A DNA stretch of 64,000 bases from an uncultured Paludibacteraceae bacterium (GTDB lineage Bacteria; Bacteroidota; Bacteroidia; Bacteroidales; Paludibacteraceae), in NCBI GenBank assembly GCA_964570565.1, contig CAZMYT010000004.1, forward strand, positions 114,256 through 178,255. Reading direction: 5' to 3'. Below, one piece after another: positions 29,695 to 38,886 of this stretch (positions are counted from its first letter, which is position 1; each line of letters begins with the position of its first letter). The notes under the pieces were generated by a model. It saw only the letters and a program-made list of their open reading frames with translations, searched no databases and had not been told where the DNA came from. The position numbers and the translations under genes were made by a program.

Positions 29695-30540
29695 ATGGAC
29701 GAAAAATACTCCACCCTAATTGAACCCAAAACATCGCTTCTGTCTGTCGATTTTAAAGAAATTTGGCGTTATCGCGATTTGTTTTCGATGTTTGTGAAAC
29801 GTGATATCATCACGCAATACAAACAAACCATATTAGGTCCAGCTTGGTTCTTTATTCAACCATTGCTTACCATGGTGATGTACATGATTGTGTTTGGAGG
29901 TATTGCCGGTATTAGTACCGATGGGCTGCCACAAGCACTTTTTTATTTAGCAGGCATTTTGTGTTGGCAGTATTTTGCCGACTGCTTGAATAAAACGTCT
30001 AGTACATTTACCACGAATCAAAATATTTTTGGTAAAGTTTATTTCCCACGTTTGATCGTGCCTTTAGCTACGGTTTCTTCTAATTTGGTACGTCTCTTTA
30101 TTCAGCTATTCTTGTTTGTGGTAGTTTATGTTTACTATTTGGTAGTTGGCGTTAATGTCGCTCCCAATTGGTATGTGCTGTTATTTCCTGTTTTGGTACT
30201 CATGTTGGCAGGTTTGGCGTTAGGCTTTGGTATTATTATTTCGTCGATGACCACCAAATATCGTGATTTGACTATTCTATTCACCTTTGTGGTGCAATTG
30301 TGGATGTATGCTACGCCTATTATTTATCCATTGAGCACGATTACCAACACAACTGTTCGTACGGTTATGCTTTTAAATCCCATTACTTCCATTGTTGAAA
30401 CGTTCAAATATGGCGCGTTGGGCATTGGCTCATTTAGCTGGGGTGCTTTAGGGTATAGTTTTGGGTTTATGGTAGTATTGTTGGCCGTTGGTATTGTGGT
30501 GTTCAATAAAGTGCAACGTAGTTTCATGGATACGGTGTAA
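29695..30540 (+). CDS. wzm: ABC-2 type polysaccharide export permease
   Basis: FKEIWRYRDLFSMFVKRDIITQYKQTILGPAWFFIQP is the classic Wzm/TagG N-terminus, followed by 6 TM segments. I prefer ATG 29695. Confidence 0.88.
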   Translation: MDEKYSTLIEPKTSLLSVDFKEIWRYRDLFSMFVKRDIITQYKQTILGPAWFFIQPLLTMVMYMIVFGGIAGISTDGLPQALFYLAGILCWQYFADCLNKTSSTFTTNQNIFGKVYFPRLIVPLATVSSNLVRLFIQLFLFVVVYVYYLVVGVNVAPNWYVLLFPVLVLMLAGLALGFGIIISSMTTKYRDLTILFTFVVQLWMYATPIIYPLSTITNTTVRTVMLLNPITSIVETFKYGALGIGSFSWGALGYSFGFMVVLLAVGIVVFNKVQRSFMDTV

Positions 30541-30585
30541 AAGGCTGTTTGAAAGAGATTTGAATATATCTATAACACACTCATT

Positions 30586-31956
30586 ATGGTAGTTAATGCA
30601 CTAGAGTTATTACTTAAACAGAAACGTTTTGATTTAATTTTTAAGTACGTTTTTCTTGCTCAACAAAATGAGTTTGCTCACAATGCGTATCTTGAGAATA
30701 TTAGAGCGTTTAATAATTTTTACGAGCTCAATCCAAGTGATGGTGTTCCTAAAAATTCAGCTGATGATTTTGTGCAAAGTTTTAATAACTTAATTCAAAA
30801 CATAAAAGATAACGGATTTAAAGCGGCTAAAGGATCGATTCCTATCGGTAAAAATGGTGACATAACCGATGGCGCACATCGCTTAGCAGCATCGGCCTAT
30901 CTTGGATTGGATGTTGAAACCGTTGATGATACGGATTATGATGAGTTGTACGATTATCGTTTTTTTCAACAACGTCAGATGAATCCTGATGTGATGGATT
31001 TTGGTGCATTGGAATATGTTAAGTTAAACAAAAACGCTTATATTGTTAATATTCATTCAGTTACAGATGCAACTAAAGATGCTGAAGTAGAGGCTGTTTT
31101 AAATAAGTATGGTTTTATATTTTATAAAAAACAGGTCGATTTAACTCAGAATGGGTATGTAAATATCAAGAAATTGTCATATGGATTTTTTTGGGATCGG
31201 GAGTCGTGGATTGGAAATGTTGATAATAAATTTGCAGGCGCACGAGCTCATGCAAAAGCTTCTATGGGTAAATCGCCTTTGCGTGCTTTTGTTTTTGTAT
31301 GCGATGATTTAGAAAAAGTTTTATTGGCAAAAAGTGAAATTAGAGCTATTTTTGATATTGGGAATTACAGTGTTCATATCAACGATTACCGCGAAGAAGC
31401 TATATGGCTTGCAGAAATTTATTTTAATAAAAACTCTTTATTCATGATCAATAATCGTCCTTTAGCATTTGAGGATGAGGAATTTGATACTTGTATAGAG
31501 TCTTTGAAACAATTGGCTAAAGAGCACAATATACCGTTAGATAACATTTGCGCATCAGGCAGTAGCCCTTTAAATGTCTTTGGAGTTAGAAAAAGCGCAG
31601 ATTTGGATTTCTTGTGTCTTAGCGACAATTTCGATATTCAAACAGAAGAATTATCAAACCATGAAGACCAACTGAAGTATTATCCATACCCGAAAGCGGA
31701 GATTATCACTAATCCTAACTACCATTTTTACTATCATGGTTTGAAGTTTATTAGTTTGGATGTGTTATATCAAATGAAGAAAAATAGAGCAGAAAAACCT
31801 AAAGATATCAATGACTGTAAGCGGATACGAAAGATATTTACTCAAAGCAAGCGTGATAAAATGCTTTCACGATTAAAGAAATACAAAAATACATACAAGA
31901 TGGTTCGATCAATAATTAAGCCCATCTATAAAACAATAAAAAAATTAATCAACTAG
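30586..31956 (+). CDS. two-domain protein: N-terminal ParB/sulfiredoxin-like domain plus C-terminal Pol-beta-type nucleotidyltransferase-like domain
   Basis: ITDGAHRLAAS (DGxHR, aa 95-99) and ASGSSPLNVFGVRKSADLDFL (G[GS]-x12-DxD, aa 324-341). It is encoded between wzm and wzt. Confidence 0.5.
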   Translation: MVVNALELLLKQKRFDLIFKYVFLAQQNEFAHNAYLENIRAFNNFYELNPSDGVPKNSADDFVQSFNNLIQNIKDNGFKAAKGSIPIGKNGDITDGAHRLAASAYLGLDVETVDDTDYDELYDYRFFQQRQMNPDVMDFGALEYVKLNKNAYIVNIHSVTDATKDAEVEAVLNKYGFIFYKKQVDLTQNGYVNIKKLSYGFFWDRESWIGNVDNKFAGARAHAKASMGKSPLRAFVFVCDDLEKVLLAKSEIRAIFDIGNYSVHINDYREEAIWLAEIYFNKNSLFMINNRPLAFEDEEFDTCIESLKQLAKEHNIPLDNICASGSSPLNVFGVRKSADLDFLCLSDNFDIQTEELSNHEDQLKYYPYPKAEIITNPNYHFYYHGLKFISLDVLYQMKKNRAEKPKDINDCKRIRKIFTQSKRDKMLSRLKKYKNTYKMVRSIIKPIYKTIKKLIN

Positions 31957-32053
31957 TTTTAACGCTAGGAACTTAATTGCGAGGTTCGCAAATGGCTTTC
32001 AAACGCCTCTAGTCGTAACCTAAATTTAAACTAACAATTTTTTACTCTCGATT

Positions 32054-33298
32054 ATGAGTGATGCAATAAAATTTGAAAATATCAGTAAACAATACCGCCT
32101 TGGTTTGGTAAGTACACAAACGTTGAGTCACGATATTAATCGATGGTGGAAGGTAAATGTCTTACGCCAGGAAGATCCTTATCTCAAAATAGGTTCCGTG
32201 AACGATCGTTCTAAAGCGGCTGATGGTGATTATGTGTGGGCTTTAAAAGATATTTCTTTTAGTGTAGCACAAGGCGATGTTATTGGCATTATTGGTAAAA
32301 ATGGTGCAGGAAAGTCGACTTTGCTTAAAATCCTATCTAAAGTGACTACGCCTACCACAGGTACTATTAAGGCCCGTGGTCGTATTGCGTCATTGCTTGA
32401 AGTGGGCACAGGCTTTCACCAAGAAATGACTGGACGTGAGAACATTTACATGAATGGTGCCATAATGGGCATGTCCAAGAATGAAATAACGCGTAAATTA
32501 GACCAAATTATTGATTTTTCGGGTTGCGAGCGTTATGTTGATACGCCAGTAAAACGTTATTCAAGTGGTATGACTGTACGTCTTGGATTTGCTATTGCAG
32601 CGCATTTGGATCCCGAAATTTTGGTAGTGGATGAAGTGTTGGCTGTTGGCGATGCTGAGTTTCAAAAGAAAGCTATTGGCAAAATGCAGGATGTGAGCCG
32701 TGGTCAAGGACGAACTGTGTTATTTGTAAGTCATCATATGCCTTCTATTCAGCAATTGTGTTCTTCTTGTGTATTGCTTGAAAACGGTATGATTTCTACT
32801 ATTGATAAGACCAATGTGGTGATTGATAAATATATAAGAGAACAGAGCATCAAAGGTAATTATGAACGTCAAGGTTCAGGCTTTGTCCGTTTTCAGTCTT
32901 TTAGTTTGACTAAAGATAGTATTGCGATAGGTGAGGATCTAGAGCTGAATCTAACCCTGAAAACCTCGGAATATATTGCAAAAGCCATTATTCATATCAA
33001 TATTTATAATGACAATGAACAATATGTCTTACAGGCGTCGAGTGAGGACAGTGAATTTATTCTAACCAACTTGGCACCTAAAGCGACCTATCATGTTAAA
33101 TGTGTATTACCACATTTGAATGCTATTCCTGGAAACTATTCTATTAATTTGTGGGTAGGTACTCCTTATGAATGGTTTGATTGGCTTAAAGGATGTCTTC
33201 AATTTTCGATTTATCAGGATCAATCGTATATTAAACGGGTTTCTCCATACCCATCTGATGCTAAATTAGTGCTTCAGTCGGAATGGAAAAATTTGTAA
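32054..33298 (+). CDS. wzt: polysaccharide ABC exporter ATP-binding protein with ~165-aa C-terminal extension (Wzt_C-like glycan-binding domain)
   Basis: Walker A GKNGAGKST, signature YSSGM and Walker B ILVVDE. The extra C-terminal beta-rich region is as in Wzt proteins that recognise capped O-chains. Confidence 0.85.
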   Translation: MSDAIKFENISKQYRLGLVSTQTLSHDINRWWKVNVLRQEDPYLKIGSVNDRSKAADGDYVWALKDISFSVAQGDVIGIIGKNGAGKSTLLKILSKVTTPTTGTIKARGRIASLLEVGTGFHQEMTGRENIYMNGAIMGMSKNEITRKLDQIIDFSGCERYVDTPVKRYSSGMTVRLGFAIAAHLDPEILVVDEVLAVGDAEFQKKAIGKMQDVSRGQGRTVLFVSHHMPSIQQLCSSCVLLENGMISTIDKTNVVIDKYIREQSIKGNYERQGSGFVRFQSFSLTKDSIAIGEDLELNLTLKTSEYIAKAIIHINIYNDNEQYVLQASSEDSEFILTNLAPKATYHVKCVLPHLNAIPGNYSINLWVGTPYEWFDWLKGCLQFSIYQDQSYIKRVSPYPSDAKLVLQSEWKNL

Positions 33299-33336
33299 TG
33301 AAAAAAAATGATGAACCAATAGAACTATAGTCTATC

Positions 33337-34410
33337 ATGGAGTTAACACTAAGTATATTAGTTATTTCTCATAATCAAAAAGAGCTTTTGCGAAGATGTA
33401 TTACATCTTTGTTGCAGCAACAACTGTCGTGTTCCTATGAGATTATAATTAGTGATGATCGCTCTAGTGATGGTACTTGGGAATTAATAGAAGCCTATCA
33501 ACAAAAATATCCAAACTTAATTTTTGGGTATCATTGTAATTCTGATGAATGTAATCCAGCTAATCGTTCGGAACGTTGTGGATGGAATAAAGCCAATGCT
33601 TATAGACACGCCAAAGGGAAATATTTTGTTAATATTGATGCCGATGATTATTTGAAAAGTGATGACATTTATCAATTACAAGTGGATGCTCTAGAAGCTC
33701 GCCCTCAATGTAGTATGTGTCAACAACAGATATTGACTGTTAATGATGGAGAAGATTTGTCAAAAGGGAGAGTTTGGCCGATTAGCCCATTGATAACATC
33801 AGGGAATATCTTGACTCCAACCGATATTATTTTGAAAGGATTGCGTGCTTTGAATCAGGGATATATGATGCGTAGAAATCCCACTGTTGATCCTATTGAA
33901 TTGTATGGAAAACATTTTGATGATACGGTGATTACATTACATCATTTGCAATATGGTAATGTGGTGGTAGTGGAACGAGCTGACTATGTATGGGTTCAAT
34001 ATGCATCCAGTATCAATTCATCACTTAAAAATATGGATCGAGATGTTGTTATAGGTTTGTTACCGATACATCATATCCTTTTTATACCAACGTTTGCAGG
34101 GTTGTTTATGAAAGATGGTCTCCGTGATTTGGTTCATTTATTTAAGCAATCTTCTTATCATACAATGATATTAACATCTGATACAACCAATTTTCTGAAC
34201 GAATTTAAAGGATTTTTGTTTCGCTATTATACTTCATCAAGTCCTTCTTTTGGGTATAAATTGCGTATGTTAATGGTTCGCTATCTGGCGTTACTAATCA
34301 AAAAATATAAAATGGATTATGCTTGGGCATATCAGCTACTATTTGCTATGATGGTTGACGTTAAAAGTGCTCATAAAATAACAAAAGAACAATGGAAAAT
34401 AAACCCATAA
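33337..34410 (+). CDS. glycosyltransferase family 2
   Basis: LSILVISHNQ...ISDDRSSDGT...DADDY GT-A motifs. Confidence 0.8.
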   Translation: MELTLSILVISHNQKELLRRCITSLLQQQLSCSYEIIISDDRSSDGTWELIEAYQQKYPNLIFGYHCNSDECNPANRSERCGWNKANAYRHAKGKYFVNIDADDYLKSDDIYQLQVDALEARPQCSMCQQQILTVNDGEDLSKGRVWPISPLITSGNILTPTDIILKGLRALNQGYMMRRNPTVDPIELYGKHFDDTVITLHHLQYGNVVVVERADYVWVQYASSINSSLKNMDRDVVIGLLPIHHILFIPTFAGLFMKDGLRDLVHLFKQSSYHTMILTSDTTNFLNEFKGFLFRYYTSSSPSFGYKLRMLMVRYLALLIKKYKMDYAWAYQLLFAMMVDVKSAHKITKEQWKINP

Positions 34411-35504
34411 CCGTTACATCGCCTTTATTACCTGATTTAGACGAATTTATTCCTTATTTAAAACAAATTTGGGATAGTAAATGGATTACCAATAATGGCG
34501 ACTTTCATCAACAGTTGGAACAGGCTTTATGTGAGTACTTGGGCGTAGACTATATCAGTGTATTTACCAATGGTACATTGCCTCTGATTACTGCTTTTCA
34601 AGCGCTTAATATGCGTAAAGGCGAGGTAATTACCACGCCTTATAGCTTTGTGGCAACCACGCATGCTATTTGGTGGAATGGTTTAACACCCGTTTTTGTG
34701 GATGTAGATCCTATTACAGGCAACATTGATCCTGACAAAATAGAAGCCGCCATTACCGAAAATACAGTAGCCATTATGCCAGTGCACGTCTATGGAAATC
34801 CATGTGATACCGAGAAAATTGAAGCCCTAGCAAAGCGCTATAATTTGAAGGTTATTTATGATGCAGCCCATGCATTTGGGGTGAAGGTAGATGGAAAAAG
34901 TATTTTACAACATGGTGATATGAGCACGTTGAGTTTTCATGCTACAAAAGTGTTTAACACCATTGAAGGAGGAGCGTTGATTTGTCACAGTGCCGAAATG
35001 AAACAACAAATTGATTACCTCAAGAATTTCGGTTTTGAAGATGAGGTTACCGTAATGGCACCTGGCATTAACTCCAAGATGGATGAAATTAGAGCGGCTT
35101 ATGGTTTTTTAAATTTACGACAAGTAGATAGAGCTATCGCTCATCGTAAACAGGTCGCCCAAGACTATCGAGAAGGTCTGAAAAATATCAAAGGAATTAC
35201 CTGCATGCACGAAATAGAGGGTGTTTCGCATAATTATAGTTATTTTCCTATATTTGTAAATGAACGTGAATACGGTATGAGTCGCGATGCGCTTTACGAA
35301 AAAATGAAAGCTGCTAATGTATTAGGGCGGAGGTATTTTTACCCACTCATTAGTACATTTTCGCCTTATTCGTCTTTGCCATCGTCTAATAGTGATAATT
35401 TGCCTATCGCCAATAATCTGGCAAATGCTGTTATTTGCTTACCAATGCATGCCGAACTAACCGATGAAGATGTTGATAGAGTCTTATCGTCGATTGTTAG
35501 GTGA
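34392..35504 (+). CDS. DegT/DnrJ/EryC1/StrS family sugar aminotransferase
   Basis: PLLPDLDEF start, DAAHAFG and SFHATKVFNTIEGG (PLP lysine present). Confidence 0.85.
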   Translation: MENKPITVTSPLLPDLDEFIPYLKQIWDSKWITNNGDFHQQLEQALCEYLGVDYISVFTNGTLPLITAFQALNMRKGEVITTPYSFVATTHAIWWNGLTPVFVDVDPITGNIDPDKIEAAITENTVAIMPVHVYGNPCDTEKIEALAKRYNLKVIYDAAHAFGVKVDGKSILQHGDMSTLSFHATKVFNTIEGGALICHSAEMKQQIDYLKNFGFEDEVTVMAPGINSKMDEIRAAYGFLNLRQVDRAIAHRKQVAQDYREGLKNIKGITCMHEIEGVSHNYSYFPIFVNEREYGMSRDALYEKMKAANVLGRRYFYPLISTFSPYSSLPSSNSDNLPIANNLANAVICLPMHAELTDEDVDRVLSSIVR

Positions 35505-35600
35505 AAGGTGAAAAGGTTAGTGGTTAATGGGGAACAAGTGAATGTTAAGAAGAGGTTAAAGGTGAAGAGTTAATGGTTAATGGGGAACAGGTTAAGAGGA
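35497..35600 (+). repeat. word-repeat array L1 (GGTGAA/GGTTAA/GGTTAATGGGGAAC words, two ~47-nt degenerate tandem units)
   Basis: Read directly. It has 12 stop triplets and closes all three frames. The DegT stop codon lies in the first word. Confidence 0.85.
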
Positions 35601-35606
35601 AATTAT

Positions 35607-35981
35607 ATGGCAGAAGCATATTCCTATAGAAAGTTGGATGTTTATATCAATGCTAAAGTGTTGGTAAAAACGGTCTATAACCATTTAAGAAAGTTTCCGA
35701 AAGAGGAAAATTATGCCTTATGCGACCAGTTACGTCGTTCTGTTATTTCAGTACCGTCTAACATTGCAGAAGGAATGGGACGTTTTTCATCCAAGGAACA
35801 AATTCATTTTTTAGAAATAGCTTTTGGTTCATTGATGGAAGTACAATGTCAACTTGACATTTCGTGTGATTTGGGATATATTACAATAGAAGAATTTGAA
35901 GTCATTAATAACGATATAAATAATATAGCAAAACAATTATCAGGGTTACGTTCGTTAAGAATACGCGCCCTTAACCTTTAA
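35607..35981 (+). CDS. four-helix-bundle protein (23S rRNA intervening-sequence protein / Avd-like family)
   Basis: YRKLDVY...QLRRSVISVPSNIAEG...EV..QL family pattern. Start at ATG 35607. The stop codon lies inside repeat R1. Confidence 0.8.
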   Translation: MAEAYSYRKLDVYINAKVLVKTVYNHLRKFPKEENYALCDQLRRSVISVPSNIAEGMGRFSSKEQIHFLEIAFGSLMEVQCQLDISCDLGYITIEEFEVINNDINNIAKQLSGLRSLRIRALNL

Positions 35982-36000
35982 CCCTTAACCCATAACCTTT
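35968..36000 (-). repeat. word-repeat arm R1 (CCCTTAACCTTTAACCCTTAACCCATAACCTTT)
   Basis: Its reverse complement matches 36735-36767 at 28/33 positions. Confidence 0.85.
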
Positions 36001-36009
36001 TTAATAATT

Positions 36010-36699
36010 ATGAAACTTGCCATCATGCAGCCCTATTTTATGCCATATATTGGTTATTTCCAGACAATGGCAGCGGTTGATACGTATGTTGTGTATGATG
36101 ATGTGCAGTATATTAAGGGCGGTTGGGTGAGCCATAATAATATCATTATTGGTGGTGAGAAAAAGATGTTTACTATTATACTTAAAGGAGCAAGTCCTAA
36201 TAAGTTGTTCAACGAGGTAGAGATTGGCGATGATTTTAAGAAATTTGAACGTATGTTGCAAAGTGCGTATGCTAAAGCGCCTTATTTTAGTGAAGTGATG
36301 CCATTATTGCATGCCATTTTTACTTATGATGAAAAATCGTTGGGGAAATTTTTGCTTCACAGTTATCAAGTTTTGTTGGATTATTGGGAAATTGGAACAC
36401 AATTGGTACTATCGTCAGAGTTAGAAAAAGATGGTACCCTGCGCGGTCAAGATAAAGTATTGAATATTTGTAAAAATCTCCAAGCCACAGAGTATTATAA
36501 TGCCATTGGTGGACAAGACTTGTATGATAAACAGACATTTGCACAACATGGGATTGAGCTTAGTTTTGTACAGACACTGGTGGTTTCCTATTCACAGTTT
36601 GCGCCTGAATTTATACCTAATTTGTCTATTATCGATGTGTTAATGCATAATGGCAAAGCCGGAACAAAGCAGTTGTTAAATGCCTATAAGTTGATATGA
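36010..36699 (+). CDS. WbqC family protein
   Basis: MKLAIMQPYFMPYIGYFQ... is the characteristic WbqC N-terminus; 229 aa. Confidence 0.8.
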   Translation: MKLAIMQPYFMPYIGYFQTMAAVDTYVVYDDVQYIKGGWVSHNNIIIGGEKKMFTIILKGASPNKLFNEVEIGDDFKKFERMLQSAYAKAPYFSEVMPLLHAIFTYDEKSLGKFLLHSYQVLLDYWEIGTQLVLSSELEKDGTLRGQDKVLNICKNLQATEYYNAIGGQDLYDKQTFAQHGIELSFVQTLVVSYSQFAPEFIPNLSIIDVLMHNGKAGTKQLLNAYKLI

Positions 36700-36730
36700 A
36701 AATAGCGTTAGATGTGGAATGTTCAAAAAA

Positions 36731-36773
36731 GGTGAAAGGTTATGGGTGAAGGGTTATGGGTTAGAGGTTAACC
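36731..36773 (+). repeat. word-repeat arm L2 (GGTGAAAGGTTATGGGTGAAGGGTTATGGGTTAGAGGTTAACC)
   Basis: Inverted partner of R1 (28/33). Confidence 0.85.
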
Positions 36774-36828
36774 GCATAGTGATGGTCTATTGCTTACTAA
36801 ACATCCTATTCGTCATTCTTGACTTATT

Positions 36829-36900
36829 AATTAACCACTCAACACTCAATAATTTTCTCCATTAACCCGTAACTATTAGCCATTAACCCAATTAAACACC
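36829..36900 (-). repeat. word-repeat arm R2 (CCATTAACCC / TTAACCACTC words)
   Basis: It is the same word family as L1 in reverse-complement orientation. Best match: TTTTCTCCATTAACCC is complementary to TGGTTAATGGGGAACA at 13/16 positions. Confidence 0.7.
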
Positions 36901-36919
36901 AAACACTAAAACAATTAAA

Positions 36920-37801
36920 ATGACGCCTTTACTTAGCATAGTAACCATAACCTACAATCATGAACCGTTTATTGCTAAAACGATAGAAGGTGTGTTGATG
37001 CAGCAAGTCAAATTTCCTATAGAATTGATTATTGCTGAAGATTGTAGTACCGATGGAACTCGTGCTATTTGCCAGCGGTATGCGGAGGAATATCCAGAAT
37101 TAATTCGTTTGATAACGTCCGATTCAAACGTGGGTGCCATAGCTAACGAGCGACGTGCCATGCTGGCTGCTCGTGGCAAATACATTGCGTTTTGCGAAGG
37201 CGACGATTATTGGACTGATCCTTTGAAATTGCAAAAACAGGTCGATTTTTTAGAATCACATCCCGATTATAGTGTTACGTTCCACCGCTGTAAGCATTAT
37301 AATGTTGAAACACAGGAAGTGGTTGACGACAATTGTGGTTACTTGTTTACCGATAATACCCAATTAGGGGTAGATATTACAACGGCTCAGTTTTTCAAAA
37401 CGTGGATTACACAGCCTTTAACGATGGTGTATCGGGTGGCTTCGTTCGATTTAGATGTTGCTTTGCAGTACACATATTATCGTGATATGCACCAAATTTA
37501 TCATCTATTACAAACAGGTAAAGGCTATTTGTTTGCTTTTGATGGCGGTGTACGAATTAGACATGAAGGTGGTATGGCAGGTAAAGCAACCTTATTAGAA
37601 CAAAGTTGGTCAGGTATGACTATAGCAGAAGAGCTTTTTCGCATAAATAAAACTCAGGACACTAAGGTGTATTACCAGAACATGTTGCAATTTTATATTT
37701 ATCAAGCACCCACTAAGTGGGATAAAATTAAAAAGTCTATCAAGTTGTTTGTATTAGATCATAATTTATTATCACTACTTAAGAATATATATAAACATTA
37801 A
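36920..37801 (+). CDS. glycosyltransferase family 2
   Basis: [11 protein letters not shown]...AEDCSTDGT...EGDDYW. Confidence 0.8.
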   Translation: MTPLLSIVTITYNHEPFIAKTIEGVLMQQVKFPIELIIAEDCSTDGTRAICQRYAEEYPELIRLITSDSNVGAIANERRAMLAARGKYIAFCEGDDYWTDPLKLQKQVDFLESHPDYSVTFHRCKHYNVETQEVVDDNCGYLFTDNTQLGVDITTAQFFKTWITQPLTMVYRVASFDLDVALQYTYYRDMHQIYHLLQTGKGYLFAFDGGVRIRHEGGMAGKATLLEQSWSGMTIAEELFRINKTQDTKVYYQNMLQFYIYQAPTKWDKIKKSIKLFVLDHNLLSLLKNIYKH

Positions 37802-37812
37802 AATCACATACA

Positions 37813-38874
37813 ATGAAAAAAGCTTTAATTACTGGTATTACGGGTCAAGATGGATCCTATCTAGCTGAGTTTTTACTTGGTAAAGGTTATGAAGTACATG
37901 GTATCATTCGACGTTCATCTACGTTTAATACAGGACGTATTGAACATCTCTATTTGCACGAATGGGTACGCGATATGAAACGGGAACGTGCCATTAATTT
38001 GCACTATGGTGATATGACCGATTCCAGTTCGTTGATTCGTATTATTCAGGAAGTTCAGCCAGACGAGATTTATAATCTGGCGGCACAAAGTCATGTAAAA
38101 GTAAGTTTTGATGTTCCTGAGTATACCGCTGAAACTGATGCTGTTGGAACATTGCGTTTATTGGAAGCCATTAGAATTTTGGGCATGGAAAAACGCATTA
38201 GAGTGTATCAAGCCTCAACTTCAGAACTTTTTGGTAAAGTACAGGAAGTTCCTCAAAAAGAGACAACTCCTTTTTATCCACGTTCTCCTTATGGGGTGGC
38301 AAAACTGTATAGTTATTGGATTATTAAAAACTATCGTGAATCGTATGATATGTTTGCGGTTAATGGAATCTTATTTAATCATGAGAGTGAACGTCGTGGT
38401 GAGACTTTTGTAACACGTAAAATCACTTTAGCTGTTGCACGTATAGCTAAAGGACTTCAGGATAAATTATATATGGGAAACCTCAATGCCTTACGTGATT
38501 GGGGCTACGCCAAAGACTATGTAGAATGTATGTGGTTGATGTTGCAACATTCGACACCCGAAGATTTTGTAATTGCCACTGGTGAATACCATACTGTACG
38601 CGAATTTTGCTTATTGGCTTTTGCTGAAGCAGGCATTGATTTGGTATTTGAAGGTGAAGGTGTTGAAGAAAAAGGTATTGATAAAAAATCTGGCAAGGTG
38701 TTACTTGAAATTGACCCTAAATATTTTAGACCATCCGAAGTAGAACAATTACTAGGTGATCCAACTAAAGCAAGAACATTATTAGGATGGAATCCACGCA
38801 AAACATCTTTTCAACAATTGGTTAAATTGATGGTTAAATCTGATATGGCACTGGTGGAAAAGGAAAATAGCTAA
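37813..38874 (+). CDS. gmd: GDP-mannose 4,6-dehydratase
   Basis: [19 protein letters not shown]...SSTFNT.RI.HLY...YGVAKLY pattern. Confidence 0.92.
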   Translation: MKKALITGITGQDGSYLAEFLLGKGYEVHGIIRRSSTFNTGRIEHLYLHEWVRDMKRERAINLHYGDMTDSSSLIRIIQEVQPDEIYNLAAQSHVKVSFDVPEYTAETDAVGTLRLLEAIRILGMEKRIRVYQASTSELFGKVQEVPQKETTPFYPRSPYGVAKLYSYWIIKNYRESYDMFAVNGILFNHESERRGETFVTRKITLAVARIAKGLQDKLYMGNLNALRDWGYAKDYVECMWLMLQHSTPEDFVIATGEYHTVREFCLLAFAEAGIDLVFEGEGVEEKGIDKKSGKVLLEIDPKYFRPSEVEQLLGDPTKARTLLGWNPRKTSFQQLVKLMVKSDMALVEKENS

Positions 38875-38886
38875 TTTAATTTATGT

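Noticed and set aside
33316-33327. A 12-nt match AATAGAACTATA just upstream of two start codons (33337 and 56817), considered as a shared regulatory motif.
   Set aside because: A 12-mer recurring once in 64 kb of AT-rich DNA is expected by chance, and there is no third copy or extended similarity.
35607-35981. A four-helix-bundle (Avd-like) gene as a marker of a diversity-generating retroelement.
   Set aside because: No reverse transcriptase ORF is present anywhere in the window, and I can see no template/variable repeat pair with adenine-specific differences. The same holds for the second copy at 50004-50375.
35497-36000. The four-helix-bundle gene with flanking arms as a true 23S rRNA intervening sequence.
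   Set aside because: No rRNA sequence is present anywhere in the window. The element sits between protein-coding glycan genes, so only the analogy (stem-flanked ORF) is retained as a hypothesis.
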